Below, piece by piece: positions 38,057 through 49,400 of a stretch of DNA of 64,000 bases. The stretch covers positions 10,435-74,434 of the IMG/VR virus record IMGVR_UViG_3300030616_000250. The stretch is one strand, 5' to 3'. Numbering within the stretch: position 1 is the stretch's first letter; each line of letters opens with the position of its first letter. Made by a program: the position numbers and the translations under genes. The notes beneath the pieces were generated by a model. It was given only the letters and a program-made list of their open reading frames with translations, had not been told where the DNA came from and searched no databases. The DNA is from a virus.

Positions 38057-38398
38057 ATGCAGACATATCAGGAAAATTTATTATTTCAACACAGGACAAG
38101 TTCTGTTAATGATGAATTTGTATGGCAATGCCCGGAATATAAGACGATTATTATTAAGTCAATAGTTATCGCCAATGTTACGGATGCTGCAATTACATAT
38201 AGATTATTTATGAACCCAAGCGGTGTATCTGTGGGAATAGCGAACTCATTGGGATACGACATTGCAATTTTAGCAAACTCCACTCAACTATGGAGAGGAT
38301 TTGGTGGAATAACAAACCCCACTTCCGTTGGTGTACGATCAAGTGTAGCAAACGCTATTGTAATAACAGGGTATGGCGTTATTATGGAGACAGGTTAA
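38057..38398 (+). CDS. small beta-sandwich virion protein
   Basis: IIKSIVIANVT....YRLF...N.LGYD.AI.ANS. Confidence 0.6.
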   Translation: MQTYQENLLFQHRTSSVNDEFVWQCPEYKTIIIKSIVIANVTDAAITYRLFMNPSGVSVGIANSLGYDIAILANSTQLWRGFGGITNPTSVGVRSSVANAIVITGYGVIMETG

Positions 38399-40287
38399 TG
38401 AAAGATATTCTATACTATCCTCCCAATTCAAGCCCCACCGCAAGTTGGTGGAACAGGTTTGTAGCTTATCTCACTCCCCGGATAGCGGGTGATGTTCTGG
38501 GTATGGGAGACGGGGCTGTCGGTGCGCCAGCGTATTCATTTGCGCTTGACTTTGATACTGGTATGTATAGAATAGGAGCCAACAATATAGGCTTTGCGGT
38601 TGGCGGGGCACAGATAGTTGGGATAGAGGCGGGAAACCTTGATGTTGACGTGCCTATTTACAACATAGACGGGGCGGCAGGGACACCGAGTTATACTTTT
38701 GACGCTGATGTTAACACGGGAATGTATAGAAATGCTAATGATGTAATAGGCTTTGCCGCAGGTGGAGCCGGAATAGCACTTATAACAAACGATGCTACAG
38801 CACCACAAATACTTCTTGTGGACGGCTCAGACGCTAATCCCGCTTACAGTTTTATAAGTGACAGAGACATGGGAATGTACCGGATAGGTGCGGACAACAT
38901 AGGATTTGCGGTAAACAATACTCTTGTCATGGGAATAGAGACCACGAATATAGACATAGATTTACCAATATATGCAGCAGATGGAGCAGTGGGAGCACCG
39001 AGTTACTCATTCGACTCAGACACCGATACGGGGATGTACCGATTTGGGGCAAACACAATAGGATTGACAACTAACGGTGTTATAAGGCAAACGATTTCTA
39101 CAACTGAAATACAAGACGTGCTTATACATTACTTTGTTGACGGAGCCGTTGGAGCACCGAGCATGGCTTTTTCAGGAGACCCCGATACCGGATTTTATAG
39201 AATAGGCGCAAATAATTTTGGCGTTTCAACCGGCGGTGCCCTTATAATGGGATTTGAGACTACCAATATTGACGTAGACGTTCCCATATACGCAGCAAAC
39301 GGAGCGGTAGGGACACCTTCTTACAGTTTTGATGCCGATACTGATTGTGGTATGTATTACTCAGCTACACAGTTGAATTGGGCGGTAGCGGGTGTGCAGG
39401 AAATGTATTTAGATGGGACAAGGCTTACTGTTAATGGAGAATGCAATATTGCTACTGGTCAACATTATGAAATAAATAGTATAGACGTTTTTTCTATAGA
39501 TGGAACGTCAAATATTCTTTTGGGAGACTGTGCAGCTAATTATACTGGTAGTTATGGTGTTGCTATAGGTGCTGGCTCTATGGGCGATAGTGGCGCTGGT
39601 TGTTCTGGTGATTATAATTTTGCGCTTGGTTATAATTGCTTAACAGCGTGTACCTCTGGCAATCAAAATATAGGAATCGGTGCACAGTGTTTTAATACTC
39701 TTAATACAGGAATATTTAATTGTTCTGTGGGTACTAATTCGTCTTATTCTATGACTTCTGCACGATACAATACTGCGGTTGGATTTCAGGCTCTTTATAC
39801 AGTATTAACAGAGTGGGGCAACGTGGGAATTGGATTTAATGCAGGTCGCTATTATCGTGGGCAATATAGTGTGTTAATAGGATATGAAGCGGGGAGAGGC
39901 GGAGCTGGGGCTACTTACACTGGAGCTGATTATAATGTTTGTATTGGTTATGGTGCTGGATGGAGTATGATTACTAACCAAGACCATTGTGTTTTTCTGG
40001 GAAATAATGCAGGGTATTATGAAACCGCTGACGATAAATTATTTATTGACAACAGGGCAAGAACAAATTTGGCTACTGGTAGATTAGAAGCTATGATATA
40101 TGGAATATTTAATGCTACGGCAACAAGTCAAGAGCTTAGGTTTAATGCTTCTGTTTATATAAAGGAAGGGCCAGCTGGGGGTAATACCGATTATGCCGGA
40201 TATGGACAATTATATTGCAAAGATAACGCCGGAACCACAGAGCTTTGGTTTGTTGATGACGCTGGGGCAGAAACCCAATTAGCATAG
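38398..40287 (+). CDS. tail fibre protein with six ~52-aa repeats
   Basis: DG..G.P.YSF..D.DTGMYR x6, then N.A/IG beta-roll repeats; ATG at 38398. Confidence 0.8.
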   Translation: MKDILYYPPNSSPTASWWNRFVAYLTPRIAGDVLGMGDGAVGAPAYSFALDFDTGMYRIGANNIGFAVGGAQIVGIEAGNLDVDVPIYNIDGAAGTPSYTFDADVNTGMYRNANDVIGFAAGGAGIALITNDATAPQILLVDGSDANPAYSFISDRDMGMYRIGADNIGFAVNNTLVMGIETTNIDIDLPIYAADGAVGAPSYSFDSDTDTGMYRFGANTIGLTTNGVIRQTISTTEIQDVLIHYFVDGAVGAPSMAFSGDPDTGFYRIGANNFGVSTGGALIMGFETTNIDVDVPIYAANGAVGTPSYSFDADTDCGMYYSATQLNWAVAGVQEMYLDGTRLTVNGECNIATGQHYEINSIDVFSIDGTSNILLGDCAANYTGSYGVAIGAGSMGDSGAGCSGDYNFALGYNCLTACTSGNQNIGIGAQCFNTLNTGIFNCSVGTNSSYSMTSARYNTAVGFQALYTVLTEWGNVGIGFNAGRYYRGQYSVLIGYEAGRGGAGATYTGADYNVCIGYGAGWSMITNQDHCVFLGNNAGYYETADDKLFIDNRARTNLATGRLEAMIYGIFNATATSQELRFNASVYIKEGPAGGNTDYAGYGQLYCKDNAGTTELWFVDDAGAETQLA

Positions 40288-40295
40288 GAGGACTT

Positions 40296-40532
40296 ATGAC
40301 AGACGAACAGAAACTAATGGAAACAAAAATGGCTTTTATTAATAAAATAGAATCAGTAAGTGATTGGGATACTTTTAAAACAGTGCTATCACAATTAACA
40401 AAGGCAAAGGTAATAACCTTTATTAAAAACAATTTGCAAAATTCACAGCAGGCTTATACTGATGCGGCGCAAAATTCAACGGATACCGCAAGTGATATTG
40501 GAGATTTAATAACTGAAGTTGACAACATATAA
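40296..40532 (+). CDS. hypothetical protein
   Basis: AGGAGG RBS. Confidence 0.6.
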   Translation: MTDEQKLMETKMAFINKIESVSDWDTFKTVLSQLTKAKVITFIKNNLQNSQQAYTDAAQNSTDTASDIGDLITEVDNI

Positions 40533-40561
40533 CTGCCTACGGCAAGTTAAAAGGAGAAATT

Positions 40562-40762
40562 ATGAAGAAGAAAAAATCAACACCACTATCAGCGGCACCA
40601 CAACCTCAGATGCAACAGCCACAGGTGCCACAGCAGAATCTCAGCGTAGAACAAATGTTATTTCAACTTAATATGCAGTTCGATAATATAAAGACATCAT
40701 ACAATAACATTATCTTGCAGCAAGACCAGAAGATAAGAGAGCTTATGCAGAAAAATAAATAA
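40562..40762 (+). CDS. hypothetical Q-rich protein
   Basis: AAGGAG RBS. Confidence 0.6.
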   Translation: MKKKKSTPLSAAPQPQMQQPQVPQQNLSVEQMLFQLNMQFDNIKTSYNNIILQQDQKIRELMQKNK

Positions 40763-40785
40763 ATTTTTAACAAAAGGAGTTAAAA

Positions 40786-41400
40786 ATGGACTTTGAACGG
40801 CCTGTAAATGAAATCGGTTTGGGTAATTTATTTACCGGTTGTGTCCTGAGTAAATGGGATTCCCTGAACAGCCAATGGCTTCATATTCAATATATACCTG
40901 CATTTAGTTTGCCTTCATTTTTAAGCGGAGCAACAAATGTAGCGTCTTCTCAAAGTAGTCTTGGTGGTGTTAATCTGGATGCTGATACTGAATACATATA
41001 TATGAATATGTCGATAAACAGTGATTGGTGTACACAAAAAACACCCTTTGTGGATATTTATTTTGAGACCGACCAGAGTAATTTAGAAGGCGGGAATGAT
41101 GATATGGTTCAGTTTCAAATGTTATATCACATGAAAGGGATTCATGAAGTTGAGCAGAGAAACCAGACCGTAATAACAAATGTTAAAATTGGCAAGGCGG
41201 CGCAGGGAACGCTGTTTCTTGCTACCTTTCCCGTTAATATTACAGGAAAAAACGCTATTAAAATAAATGATGAAGTTGCTGCACGATTAAGTTTTGTGCA
41301 ATCAGAATCGGCAGTAACAGATGTAATAGTATGTCAGATACACTGGCATTATTCTACAAACAAAATTCATTTAGACAGAATCGGAGACCTTTCACATTAA
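40786..41400 (+). CDS. hypothetical virion protein (paralog of 41416)
   Basis: GG.NLDADTEYIY, FET...N, Y.TN..H shared with next gene. Confidence 0.6.
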   Translation: MDFERPVNEIGLGNLFTGCVLSKWDSLNSQWLHIQYIPAFSLPSFLSGATNVASSQSSLGGVNLDADTEYIYMNMSINSDWCTQKTPFVDIYFETDQSNLEGGNDDMVQFQMLYHMKGIHEVEQRNQTVITNVKIGKAAQGTLFLATFPVNITGKNAIKINDEVAARLSFVQSESAVTDVIVCQIHWHYSTNKIHLDRIGDLSH

Positions 41401-41415
41401 CAAAAGGAGTCAGAT

Positions 41416-42066
41416 GTGAACTATCAATCACCAATCAACATACAGGGAGCACGTGCCCTGTTTTCAGACAATGTAATTGCAAAATGGCCTTCAATGGACG
41501 AAGACCAGTGGTATCGGTGGATGCTTATTGACGCGGCTGCTGCGAGTGTTCATGCTCAGGGAGCTACGTTAACAGTTCCTACCACAAGAACAATCGGGGG
41601 TTATTCTCTCGATGCTTCGACAGAATATATCTATCCGTCAGTATATCTTATGGATGACTATGCGGGCGGGGCGATAAAGTTCTACACCTTTTTTGAGACG
41701 GGTGAAGACAACCTGCCGGGGCACCAGAGTGACGAGGTAAGGCTTGTGGCTAATTTCTTTTTTAAGAGTCTCCATAGAGACCTTGATGGGACGTTGTATC
41801 CTATCTGTAATACTTATGGGCCTGTCAATCACGATGTTAAGATTAAGCAGGCAAAAACATTCGAGACCTATGTTTCTCTCCATGAGTTTTACGGGAACAA
41901 GGATGCGAAACCACGCTCAAATATGATTGTAAAGGCGCGTATCCATCTCGATACAACCCATTCAGAAGTAAGTGAAGTTATTGTCAATTATTTTCTCGTT
42001 GGCTACAAAACAAACACTGTTCACAATCGCAATATCCCACTGGACTGGCAGTCAAATTTGAGATAA
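41416..42066 (+). CDS. hypothetical virion protein (paralog of 40786)
   Basis: GGYSLDASTEYIY. Confidence 0.6.
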   Translation: MNYQSPINIQGARALFSDNVIAKWPSMDEDQWYRWMLIDAAAASVHAQGATLTVPTTRTIGGYSLDASTEYIYPSVYLMDDYAGGAIKFYTFFETGEDNLPGHQSDEVRLVANFFFKSLHRDLDGTLYPICNTYGPVNHDVKIKQAKTFETYVSLHEFYGNKDAKPRSNMIVKARIHLDTTHSEVSEVIVNYFLVGYKTNTVHNRNIPLDWQSNLR

Positions 42067-42075
42067 GGAGGGATT

Positions 42076-42414
42076 ATGTCTATCAATGCGGATTTTCCTG
42101 CTGAACAAAGTATTGAAATACCAGATAACTGGGCTACTACTCATTCAAGCGGTATATTCTGGATAGCTAACCCAGACAGAGGCAGCGATAAGCGTTCTCA
42201 TAATAAAGAGCAATTCAGGCCGAGGGGTATATTTGTAAGCACAAGAGATGGAACAGACGATACTACATGGGCTGAAGTAAATGGTATTCTTTGGGGTGAG
42301 AACGAAAACGACTACAAGACCAGAAGGCTCGCTTGTAATGTAGTACATCCAATTGCATATAAGGCTATTAATATGCTTAAAACGAATGCAAGGGGGATTC
42401 AGATATTCGGTTAA
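42076..42414 (+). CDS. hypothetical protein
   Basis: AAGGAGG RBS. Confidence 0.6.
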   Translation: MSINADFPAEQSIEIPDNWATTHSSGIFWIANPDRGSDKRSHNKEQFRPRGIFVSTRDGTDDTTWAEVNGILWGENENDYKTRRLACNVVHPIAYKAINMLKTNARGIQIFG

Positions 42415-42433
42415 TCAAATAAGGAATATTAAA

Positions 42434-44692
42434 ATGGGTAAATTTGATTGGGTTAAGGAGCATAAACGACAGGCTCAGCAAGACAAGCGCCAGTCGCAGG
42501 TGGACTATACTGTCTCTCCGGTAAGCTCACGATTCGGTATGTGGCGAAATACAGGCTATGGGCCGGACGGGATTAATCAGCCTAACATGCCTGCTATGCA
42601 AATGCAATCAGCGCGTGGGCCTGTTAATCTGCATGAGAGAGAACCATATAGACAGTTGCCGGATGGCTCTGTTCAGGTAGTATCTCAACGTGATTTACTG
42701 AGAGACGAACAAACGGGCAGGGCGGGCGGAATGCAACAGGGGGGTATTATATCTCCACGTAAGACTCCGGCAGCAAGGCAACCTTTTCAACCACAGCAAG
42801 TAGTTCCCGATGTCACGCCTGTGAATATAACGCAACCGCAGAATATTAAACCGATAGACATAACGCAACCGATAACACCACAGACACAGGATATAACACC
42901 CATACAGCCATTGCCAAAGACAAAAGACCCATTTGGTGAACCGGTAGGAGATGTCCAGGACATTAATATAACACAGCCAAAGCCGGGACTTGCGGGAAGA
43001 CCACCTGTTTCAGCAATCGGGACGGCACCGGATACTGTTACCGGAGTAATACCGGGAGCCGAACCTACACCTACCCCACAACCGGAAGCGGACGTTACCA
43101 CCGAACAGCAGGATTTCTACGAGAATATGTATAAAAAGGGTATGGGATGGGTAGAACAGATGATGCAGGGTGGAAGCCCCGCACAAAAAGCATTGTATCA
43201 GAAGTGGATGGATGATACCGCAGCGAGACAGGCTACTGAAAGACTTGTGGGGGCACAGCAGGCGGCACAGGGCAGGCTCGGAGAGTCTACAGCAGCGGCA
43301 AGAGGGCTTATGATGCAGAGGCTACACGGTATCGAATTAGGCGATATCGCTGCTAAAGGAGGTATTGAACAGATGCAGGCAAGCGAAAGAGCGGCTGAAA
43401 AGTTAGCGGCGTTGGGACTTCAGGGAATGAACTTTCAACAGGCACAGGAGCAATTTGAATTTGCCAAAGACCAGTATGAATATGGAAAGCAGTTAGACAC
43501 CATTAACGCTCTCTTAGCAGAAGGAGGAGAGGATAACTTCAAACAGGCAAGCCTTATGTTTCAGGATATGTACGGAAAGGACATTGACTTCTCTAACAGT
43601 CTCACTCAGGAAAACATAGGCAAGTTTAATCAGGGCTGGAACAATCTCGGTGGACTCATAGCAAGTGGTATGTCATGGGAAGACGCAGTAAAAGTAATGC
43701 AACAGGACGGTACGTTAGACCTTCTTGGTTTGACTGAGGGTGATGTAGAAAGCATTTACAAGCAACAGCAATTAATGAACGACCCTCTCTATAAGCAGAT
43801 GCAAATGGTAGACACATGGATAGATCAGGGCTATATTGATGAAGAAGACAAGGATATGTGGCTTGCAATAATGGGTGATATGTTTAAGAATCCGGAAGGG
43901 TGGAACGTAGAAAACGGATGGGTTGTTAAAGACAAGGCTGGAAACGAGGTAGGATTTTTCACCGATGAAACTGAAGCTGATGAGTTTATGAAAGATAATC
44001 CAGAATATTCTAAAGAATTTATGGAGAAACATATAACAAAAACAGGTGCGGGGCCGGGAAGTGGAACCGGAACAGGAGACCAGACACCAAAGGAAAACTA
44101 CGAAGACTTTCAAGCTTCTCATGTACCACAGGAAGAAATGGATTGGTTCACTCAGGACGTGTGGGAAGACTTAGATAAGCCTAAGACATGGGAAGAAGCA
44201 CAGGAAAAGATGAAAGAAAAATACGGTGAGGTCTATGAGCTTTATAACAAGCACGACAGGGAAACCGACCTGCTTAAATCTGATGGCGGGTTCACTTATT
44301 CAAGTGACGAAATGGAAGAAATAGGAAAGGCTTTAGAAAATGACAATCCTTTTGTCCGGGAAAAGTATGGTGTTCCGGAAGACCACGTATTTAATGATTT
44401 CATGGACAGAATCAGAGAGAATCCTGTAAGCGGAGAAGGGACGACCAAAAACCTTACAATGTCCGGTTCACAAGACGAACTAATGCCAATAAGCGAAGAG
44501 GAAATGAACCAGTTAAGGGGAAAAATGGTAACCTATACCGACCTGAAGGGAAACAAGAGACAGGTTATAATAGATAGCTATGAAGAGGTTGCAGGAGAAG
44601 GAATCGCAGCAAATCAGGTAATGCAGAGATTCTGGGTAATAGATGCCAAAACGGGCAAAAAAGACATGATACAATTAAGAACTTCAGTATAA
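42434..44692 (+). CDS. putative internal virion/ejection protein
   Basis: P/Q/T-rich ITQP repeats then A/Q/G helical region; position. Confidence 0.55.
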   Translation: MGKFDWVKEHKRQAQQDKRQSQVDYTVSPVSSRFGMWRNTGYGPDGINQPNMPAMQMQSARGPVNLHEREPYRQLPDGSVQVVSQRDLLRDEQTGRAGGMQQGGIISPRKTPAARQPFQPQQVVPDVTPVNITQPQNIKPIDITQPITPQTQDITPIQPLPKTKDPFGEPVGDVQDINITQPKPGLAGRPPVSAIGTAPDTVTGVIPGAEPTPTPQPEADVTTEQQDFYENMYKKGMGWVEQMMQGGSPAQKALYQKWMDDTAARQATERLVGAQQAAQGRLGESTAAARGLMMQRLHGIELGDIAAKGGIEQMQASERAAEKLAALGLQGMNFQQAQEQFEFAKDQYEYGKQLDTINALLAEGGEDNFKQASLMFQDMYGKDIDFSNSLTQENIGKFNQGWNNLGGLIASGMSWEDAVKVMQQDGTLDLLGLTEGDVESIYKQQQLMNDPLYKQMQMVDTWIDQGYIDEEDKDMWLAIMGDMFKNPEGWNVENGWVVKDKAGNEVGFFTDETEADEFMKDNPEYSKEFMEKHITKTGAGPGSGTGTGDQTPKENYEDFQASHVPQEEMDWFTQDVWEDLDKPKTWEEAQEKMKEKYGEVYELYNKHDRETDLLKSDGGFTYSSDEMEEIGKALENDNPFVREKYGVPEDHVFNDFMDRIRENPVSGEGTTKNLTMSGSQDELMPISEEEMNQLRGKMVTYTDLKGNKRQVIIDSYEEVAGEGIAANQVMQRFWVIDAKTGKKDMIQLRTSV

Positions 44693-44701
44693 GGAGTCAT
44701 T

Positions 44702-45058
44702 ATGGCATTAGCAACATTATTAGGTGCAGTTGTTACCTTTATAGGTGGTATGGTAGGCGACTCACTTGAAAGCCAAGACCTTGAACACGCACAGCGAGAG
44801 GCAAGGGCTATGGAAGCATTAAGGCGCAAAGACGAACAGGCAAGAATTGCAGCCACGGAGAGAATGGAAAAGGCAAGACTTGGACTTTCTAAAGAACAGC
44901 TTATGTTTCAAAAACGGGAAGCAAAAGAATCTCGCAAAGAACGTGCCTATGACCGTGGGGTAACTGCAAGGGAAAATCAGTTTGGCAAGGTTATGGGAAT
45001 GTTGAATTCACAGGAAGTTTTGAAAAGTAACTTTTTAAATAATTTTATGAGGAGATAA
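44702..45058 (+). CDS. putative small ejection (pilot) protein
   Basis: Hydrophobic Gly/Ala N-terminus then coiled coil. Confidence 0.5.
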   Translation: MALATLLGAVVTFIGGMVGDSLESQDLEHAQREARAMEALRRKDEQARIAATERMEKARLGLSKEQLMFQKREAKESRKERAYDRGVTARENQFGKVMGMLNSQEVLKSNFLNNFMRR

Positions 45059-45059
45059 T

Positions 45060-46472
45060 ATGCCTTATAATCCCGCACAATATGTTAGACCAAGAACGGG
45101 AATCAGAGCAGGAGCAGCGGCTTTAGGTGGTGCAATTGCACAAATCCCCGGTGAAATACGTGCCGACAGGGAATACGAATATCTACAGGAACAGCGCAGA
45201 ATAGCCGTAGAGGAAGCTAAGAAAAACTGGAGCGACATGGAGCTTACATGGAAGACACTTAAAAAGCAGTATGGCGCTATGGTACAACCACTACTCGACT
45301 CTAACCAGATGACCTTTGATGAATACAGCACCAATATTAGCATGATTCCACAGCCCACACAGGTCGACAAAAAAAATCCCGGTCAATATATAGATAGGCT
45401 CACACAAGCCTATGGGTCTATTGTAAAAGACGCTAAGAAACGCATACGCACACAGGAAGTGGCACCACAGGTGCAGACAGCCATACAAGGTGGTGAGACT
45501 CCTGAGAGACAAGTAACCGAAACCACAGGATATCAGCCTGCTGCAAGAGAAGGCGCGGCGTATGTTCCATCAAAAGCTGAAGGTGCCCCGGCAGGTGCTT
45601 ATAGTTCAGAAGGTGGACAAGTAGGTGGATTTACTAAATATGAACCTACCTTTGGACAAAAAACTTTACCTCCAGAAAAAGAACCCGCAGCACGAACAAA
45701 AGAAGAAGCTTATGGTAGACTCCCCGCAGGTAGAGGAATTACAACTACAGAGTTTGAGGAATTCGGTGGGAAGTATTTGCCTACAGGAATGGATATTAAA
45801 AAACAAAAAGCTAATGAAGAATATAAAAGAAAAATGTTGGCAAGAGGGTATGGGAAGGATGCGGTTGACAATGCCTTAAAAGAATTGGATTTATTAAGAA
45901 AATTCAGAAACGACGATACCCGCGTTGAATTGTCCCTTGAAGATGATAAGAGAATGCTTACTTCTTTGAAAAGCCGTGTGCAAAAAGGTGATGCTTTAAC
46001 TCCTGATGAAATTCAACAATTAACCGAACAGGGCATAGACCCACTAACAGTACAACAGGGCGGAGAAGACTTGGCGGTAGAAATAGGAGACATAATTAAA
46101 GATACCGATGGAAAACTTGGAATTCAAAGACAAAAGTCAAAGAGAACAGAAGAGGCAATAAGATTAAAAGCAGAAAATCCCAATGCTGATATTCATGAAA
46201 TAATAAGCGAAACACAAACAACACAATATCCTCAAGGCGCACCTACTATAAAAAGCCCGCTTGGTGTACCTCCGGCAGCAGGGGGAAGAAAGCAAATAGG
46301 TAGACAGGGAACGGTAGCCGGGAGACAGGGAATACAAACACAAAAGCCCCCTTCGGCACAACCCATAGGCAAAATGGAGCAGGCTATACGAGACACACTA
46401 TCGAAAAAAGGTGTAAGCCCACAAGTAATTGAAGATTACATAGCTGAAAAGAAAGCGAAAGGACAGCTATAG
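45060..46472 (+). CDS. putative ejection protein
   Basis: AGAAALGGAIA N-terminus; helical; position. Confidence 0.5.
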   Translation: MPYNPAQYVRPRTGIRAGAAALGGAIAQIPGEIRADREYEYLQEQRRIAVEEAKKNWSDMELTWKTLKKQYGAMVQPLLDSNQMTFDEYSTNISMIPQPTQVDKKNPGQYIDRLTQAYGSIVKDAKKRIRTQEVAPQVQTAIQGGETPERQVTETTGYQPAAREGAAYVPSKAEGAPAGAYSSEGGQVGGFTKYEPTFGQKTLPPEKEPAARTKEEAYGRLPAGRGITTTEFEEFGGKYLPTGMDIKKQKANEEYKRKMLARGYGKDAVDNALKELDLLRKFRNDDTRVELSLEDDKRMLTSLKSRVQKGDALTPDEIQQLTEQGIDPLTVQQGGEDLAVEIGDIIKDTDGKLGIQRQKSKRTEEAIRLKAENPNADIHEIISETQTTQYPQGAPTIKSPLGVPPAAGGRKQIGRQGTVAGRQGIQTQKPPSAQPIGKMEQAIRDTLSKKGVSPQVIEDYIAEKKAKGQL

Positions 46473-49400
46473 TGGGAATCTTTGACGAATTTGACAAGGA
46501 ATTTGGCTTTACCACAACCGAACCATCTGAGGATATGTTTTCTCAGTTTGATAAGGAATTTGGTTTTACGGAAGAACCCACCGCTGCACCTGCCATACAG
46601 ACAGAAATGCCTTTGGAGCCCGCCACGGAAACTACCCAAATAGGCACTACTGCTATTCAACCCGCAGAACCCATAGAGCCGGAACCACGTATATTTGCAC
46701 CGGACACCGGACAGCAAATAGCGGAAGAGATATTTACCGGAAAGGGAGCAGAATTAGAGGAGCCGGAACCAACGCCGGGAATACAACCTATCAGGAGTCT
46801 TATAGAAGGGGTAAAGCAAGTTCCCCGCCAATTAGCTCAGTATATGAAGGGTTCGGCATTGGCAAGCAAGGGTGAATCTGAAAAATATCTTGAAGACTCA
46901 AAGCGCAAGGCAAAGGAATATAAAAAGAAAGCCGATGAATTCAGGGCAAAGGGAGACGAAAAATCTGCAAGCGCATGGGATAGGTTCGCACGGATACAGG
47001 AAGACGAGGTTAAAAAACATACAAGCGACATAGGCGTGTTTAAGGAAATAGACAAAGCCTCTAATTATGTAGTTGAAGCCTATCAACCAGACCCGGAATT
47101 TAAGAAAGCAACCGGATTAAAAGGATATGTTCAGGATGTGATTATGATAGCCCCGCAGATAACTACACAAATTGCAGCAACGGCAGCGGGAGGGCCAGCC
47201 GCAGGCGTAGCATTTATGGGAGGTCAAATAGCAGGCGGTAAATATGAGCAACTTGTAGAACAGGGTGTAGAGCCCGAAAGGGCTTTAGCTGCGGGAATAA
47301 CCGATGCTGTTCTACAGGCACCTCTTGAACAAATAGGTATCGGTAAGGTAATGAGCGTGTGGAAGCCGGGAAAAACTGCTTCAAAAGTATTAAAGGAAAT
47401 TGTTGAGGCCGGGGGAACGGAATTTGTTACCGAATGGCTACAAGCCTATCCCGAAGCAATAACGGAAATATGGGCAAAGTCAAAAGGTAAATCTAATCAG
47501 GAAAGAGCCGAACAGTTTGTAGGTGATTTCTGGGAAGTTACAAAGAACGGATTGTATCAGGGGTTAGTGGCATTTCCTTTGGGGGCAGCCGGGGCAGGAG
47601 GAGGAGCAGCGGTTACAGCACAAACACAACGACAGGAAGCGTTAAAGAGGGGTGATATTGTTCCCGAAGGTTTCGTCAAAACCGAAGAGGGCAAAGTAGT
47701 CAGAAAAGAATTCGTTGAAAAAGGACTACCCGCCTTAGAAGAAGAAGTCAAAGCAGTATCACCGGAGGAGCGCAGGGTAAGAGAGGAAAAGTACGAAGCT
47801 GAAAAAGCCGCAGAAAAGGCACCCCCGATAACAGAAGAAGAAAAGCCGATAGTTAAAAAGTTTGAGCCCTATAAGCCCACAGAAGAAGAACTCGCAAAGC
47901 TTCCGAAGCCACCCCCTATTGAAAAAACAGGCATTAAAGAAATGCCAAAGGAGCCACCTAAACCCGCACCAAAAAAAGAAACACTCCCCCCACTGAAAGA
48001 GGAGATAGAATCAAAGCCACTCTATCGTGGTGGAATATCTTTTGAAACAGAAAGACCCGGAATACACCTTACTCCAGAAAAAACAACCGCAGAGGAGTTT
48101 GCCAAAAGAACAAAGGGGAAAGTTGAAACATACAATGTTGATATCAAGAACCCGCTTAGAACTGAGGATAGACAAACAGCTTTAGAGGAAGTGTTTGATA
48201 AGCAAAAAGCAAAAGATATTATTCTCGGTGAATATTCAAAATATCCAGATGCTAAGAAAATATATGATGAGATGGGCGATCAGTTTGACGAATCGTTGCT
48301 TGAGGAAAAGTTATTAATACCCGCGTTAAAGAAAAAAGGGTATGATGGACTTATATTAGAAGTTGGACAGAATGAAAAACCAGAAGTGGTAGTTTTTTCT
48401 AAAGAACAACTGACACCCGTAAAACCACTGAAAGAGGAGATAAAAGAAGCGATTGAACCTGAGAAGCCTGTAGGAGAAAAGGATGTTACACGTTATATTA
48501 GCGACAAACACAAGGATACTGAGTTTTTGTTGCATCCGTCTACTGAGAAAGTTGGCAATTGGCAAGTAACACAAATGAAAGATGGTGATCCACACGGACA
48601 CACCATATACCCATCTAAACAAGAAGCTATAGATGCTATTCATGGCAAGGGAAAAGAGCCTGAAATTTGGGGAGATGATTCGTGGAAAATAGCAGAAGTA
48701 GTCAAACCCAAAGCACCCGAGAAGCCCGTGGAGAAGCCGGAGAAGGCAAAAGAACCTGAAAAGCCGTTGTTGGCGAAAGGGTTACAAAAATATCCTAATG
48801 AGATATACGAAGCAATTGAAACATCAACAGGCGCAAGGTTCACGAAAAAGGAAATAGATTCATGGGACTTTGACGAAGTTAGGAGAGATGCGGAACCGGG
48901 TTTGGAGGGTGGAAGGGATGAATTTAATAAGCTTGTTGGAAAAGCACCGAAAGAAGAAAAGGTAGATATTAAGAGAAAACAATACAAAAACAAATTAGTG
49001 AGCAATGTAATAAAGGAACACGGGACAACGGAAAATGTTGGAGATATTGGCTTTATATTAACTGATGGAAGGGCAGTTAAAAGTGAACAACGGGGTATAG
49101 ACCATAGGCAAATGGCATTAGACGCATTGCCTGAAGATACAAAAATTACAGAACCCGGAGAAGCCCTTGATGAATTTTTAGATAAAACAGAAAGCATAAG
49201 AGTATTAAATGCAGGAAAGGCATTAAATATAGATATTCGCACTGAACCCACCGACCAACAATTAAATAAAATAGAAAAATTAGCTGATATAGCAAAAGAA
49301 ATATATGTTGATATAAGCGAAGGCAAAAGGAAAGACTCTGGTTCGTTTAATAATAAAAGAGAATTTTTAAAGTTCGTGAATTCTTTTTATAGAGGAGAAG

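Noticed and set aside
38398-40287. Diversity-generating retroelement target in the tail fibre
   Set aside because: No reverse transcriptase and no adenine-specific TR/VR repeat pair seen; the repeats are ordinary protein repeats.
48640-49326. Long minus-strand ORFs inside structural genes (e.g. 228 aa here, 5046-5663, 27123-27611)
   Set aside because: Antisense to well-supported + strand genes, with no RBS or motifs.
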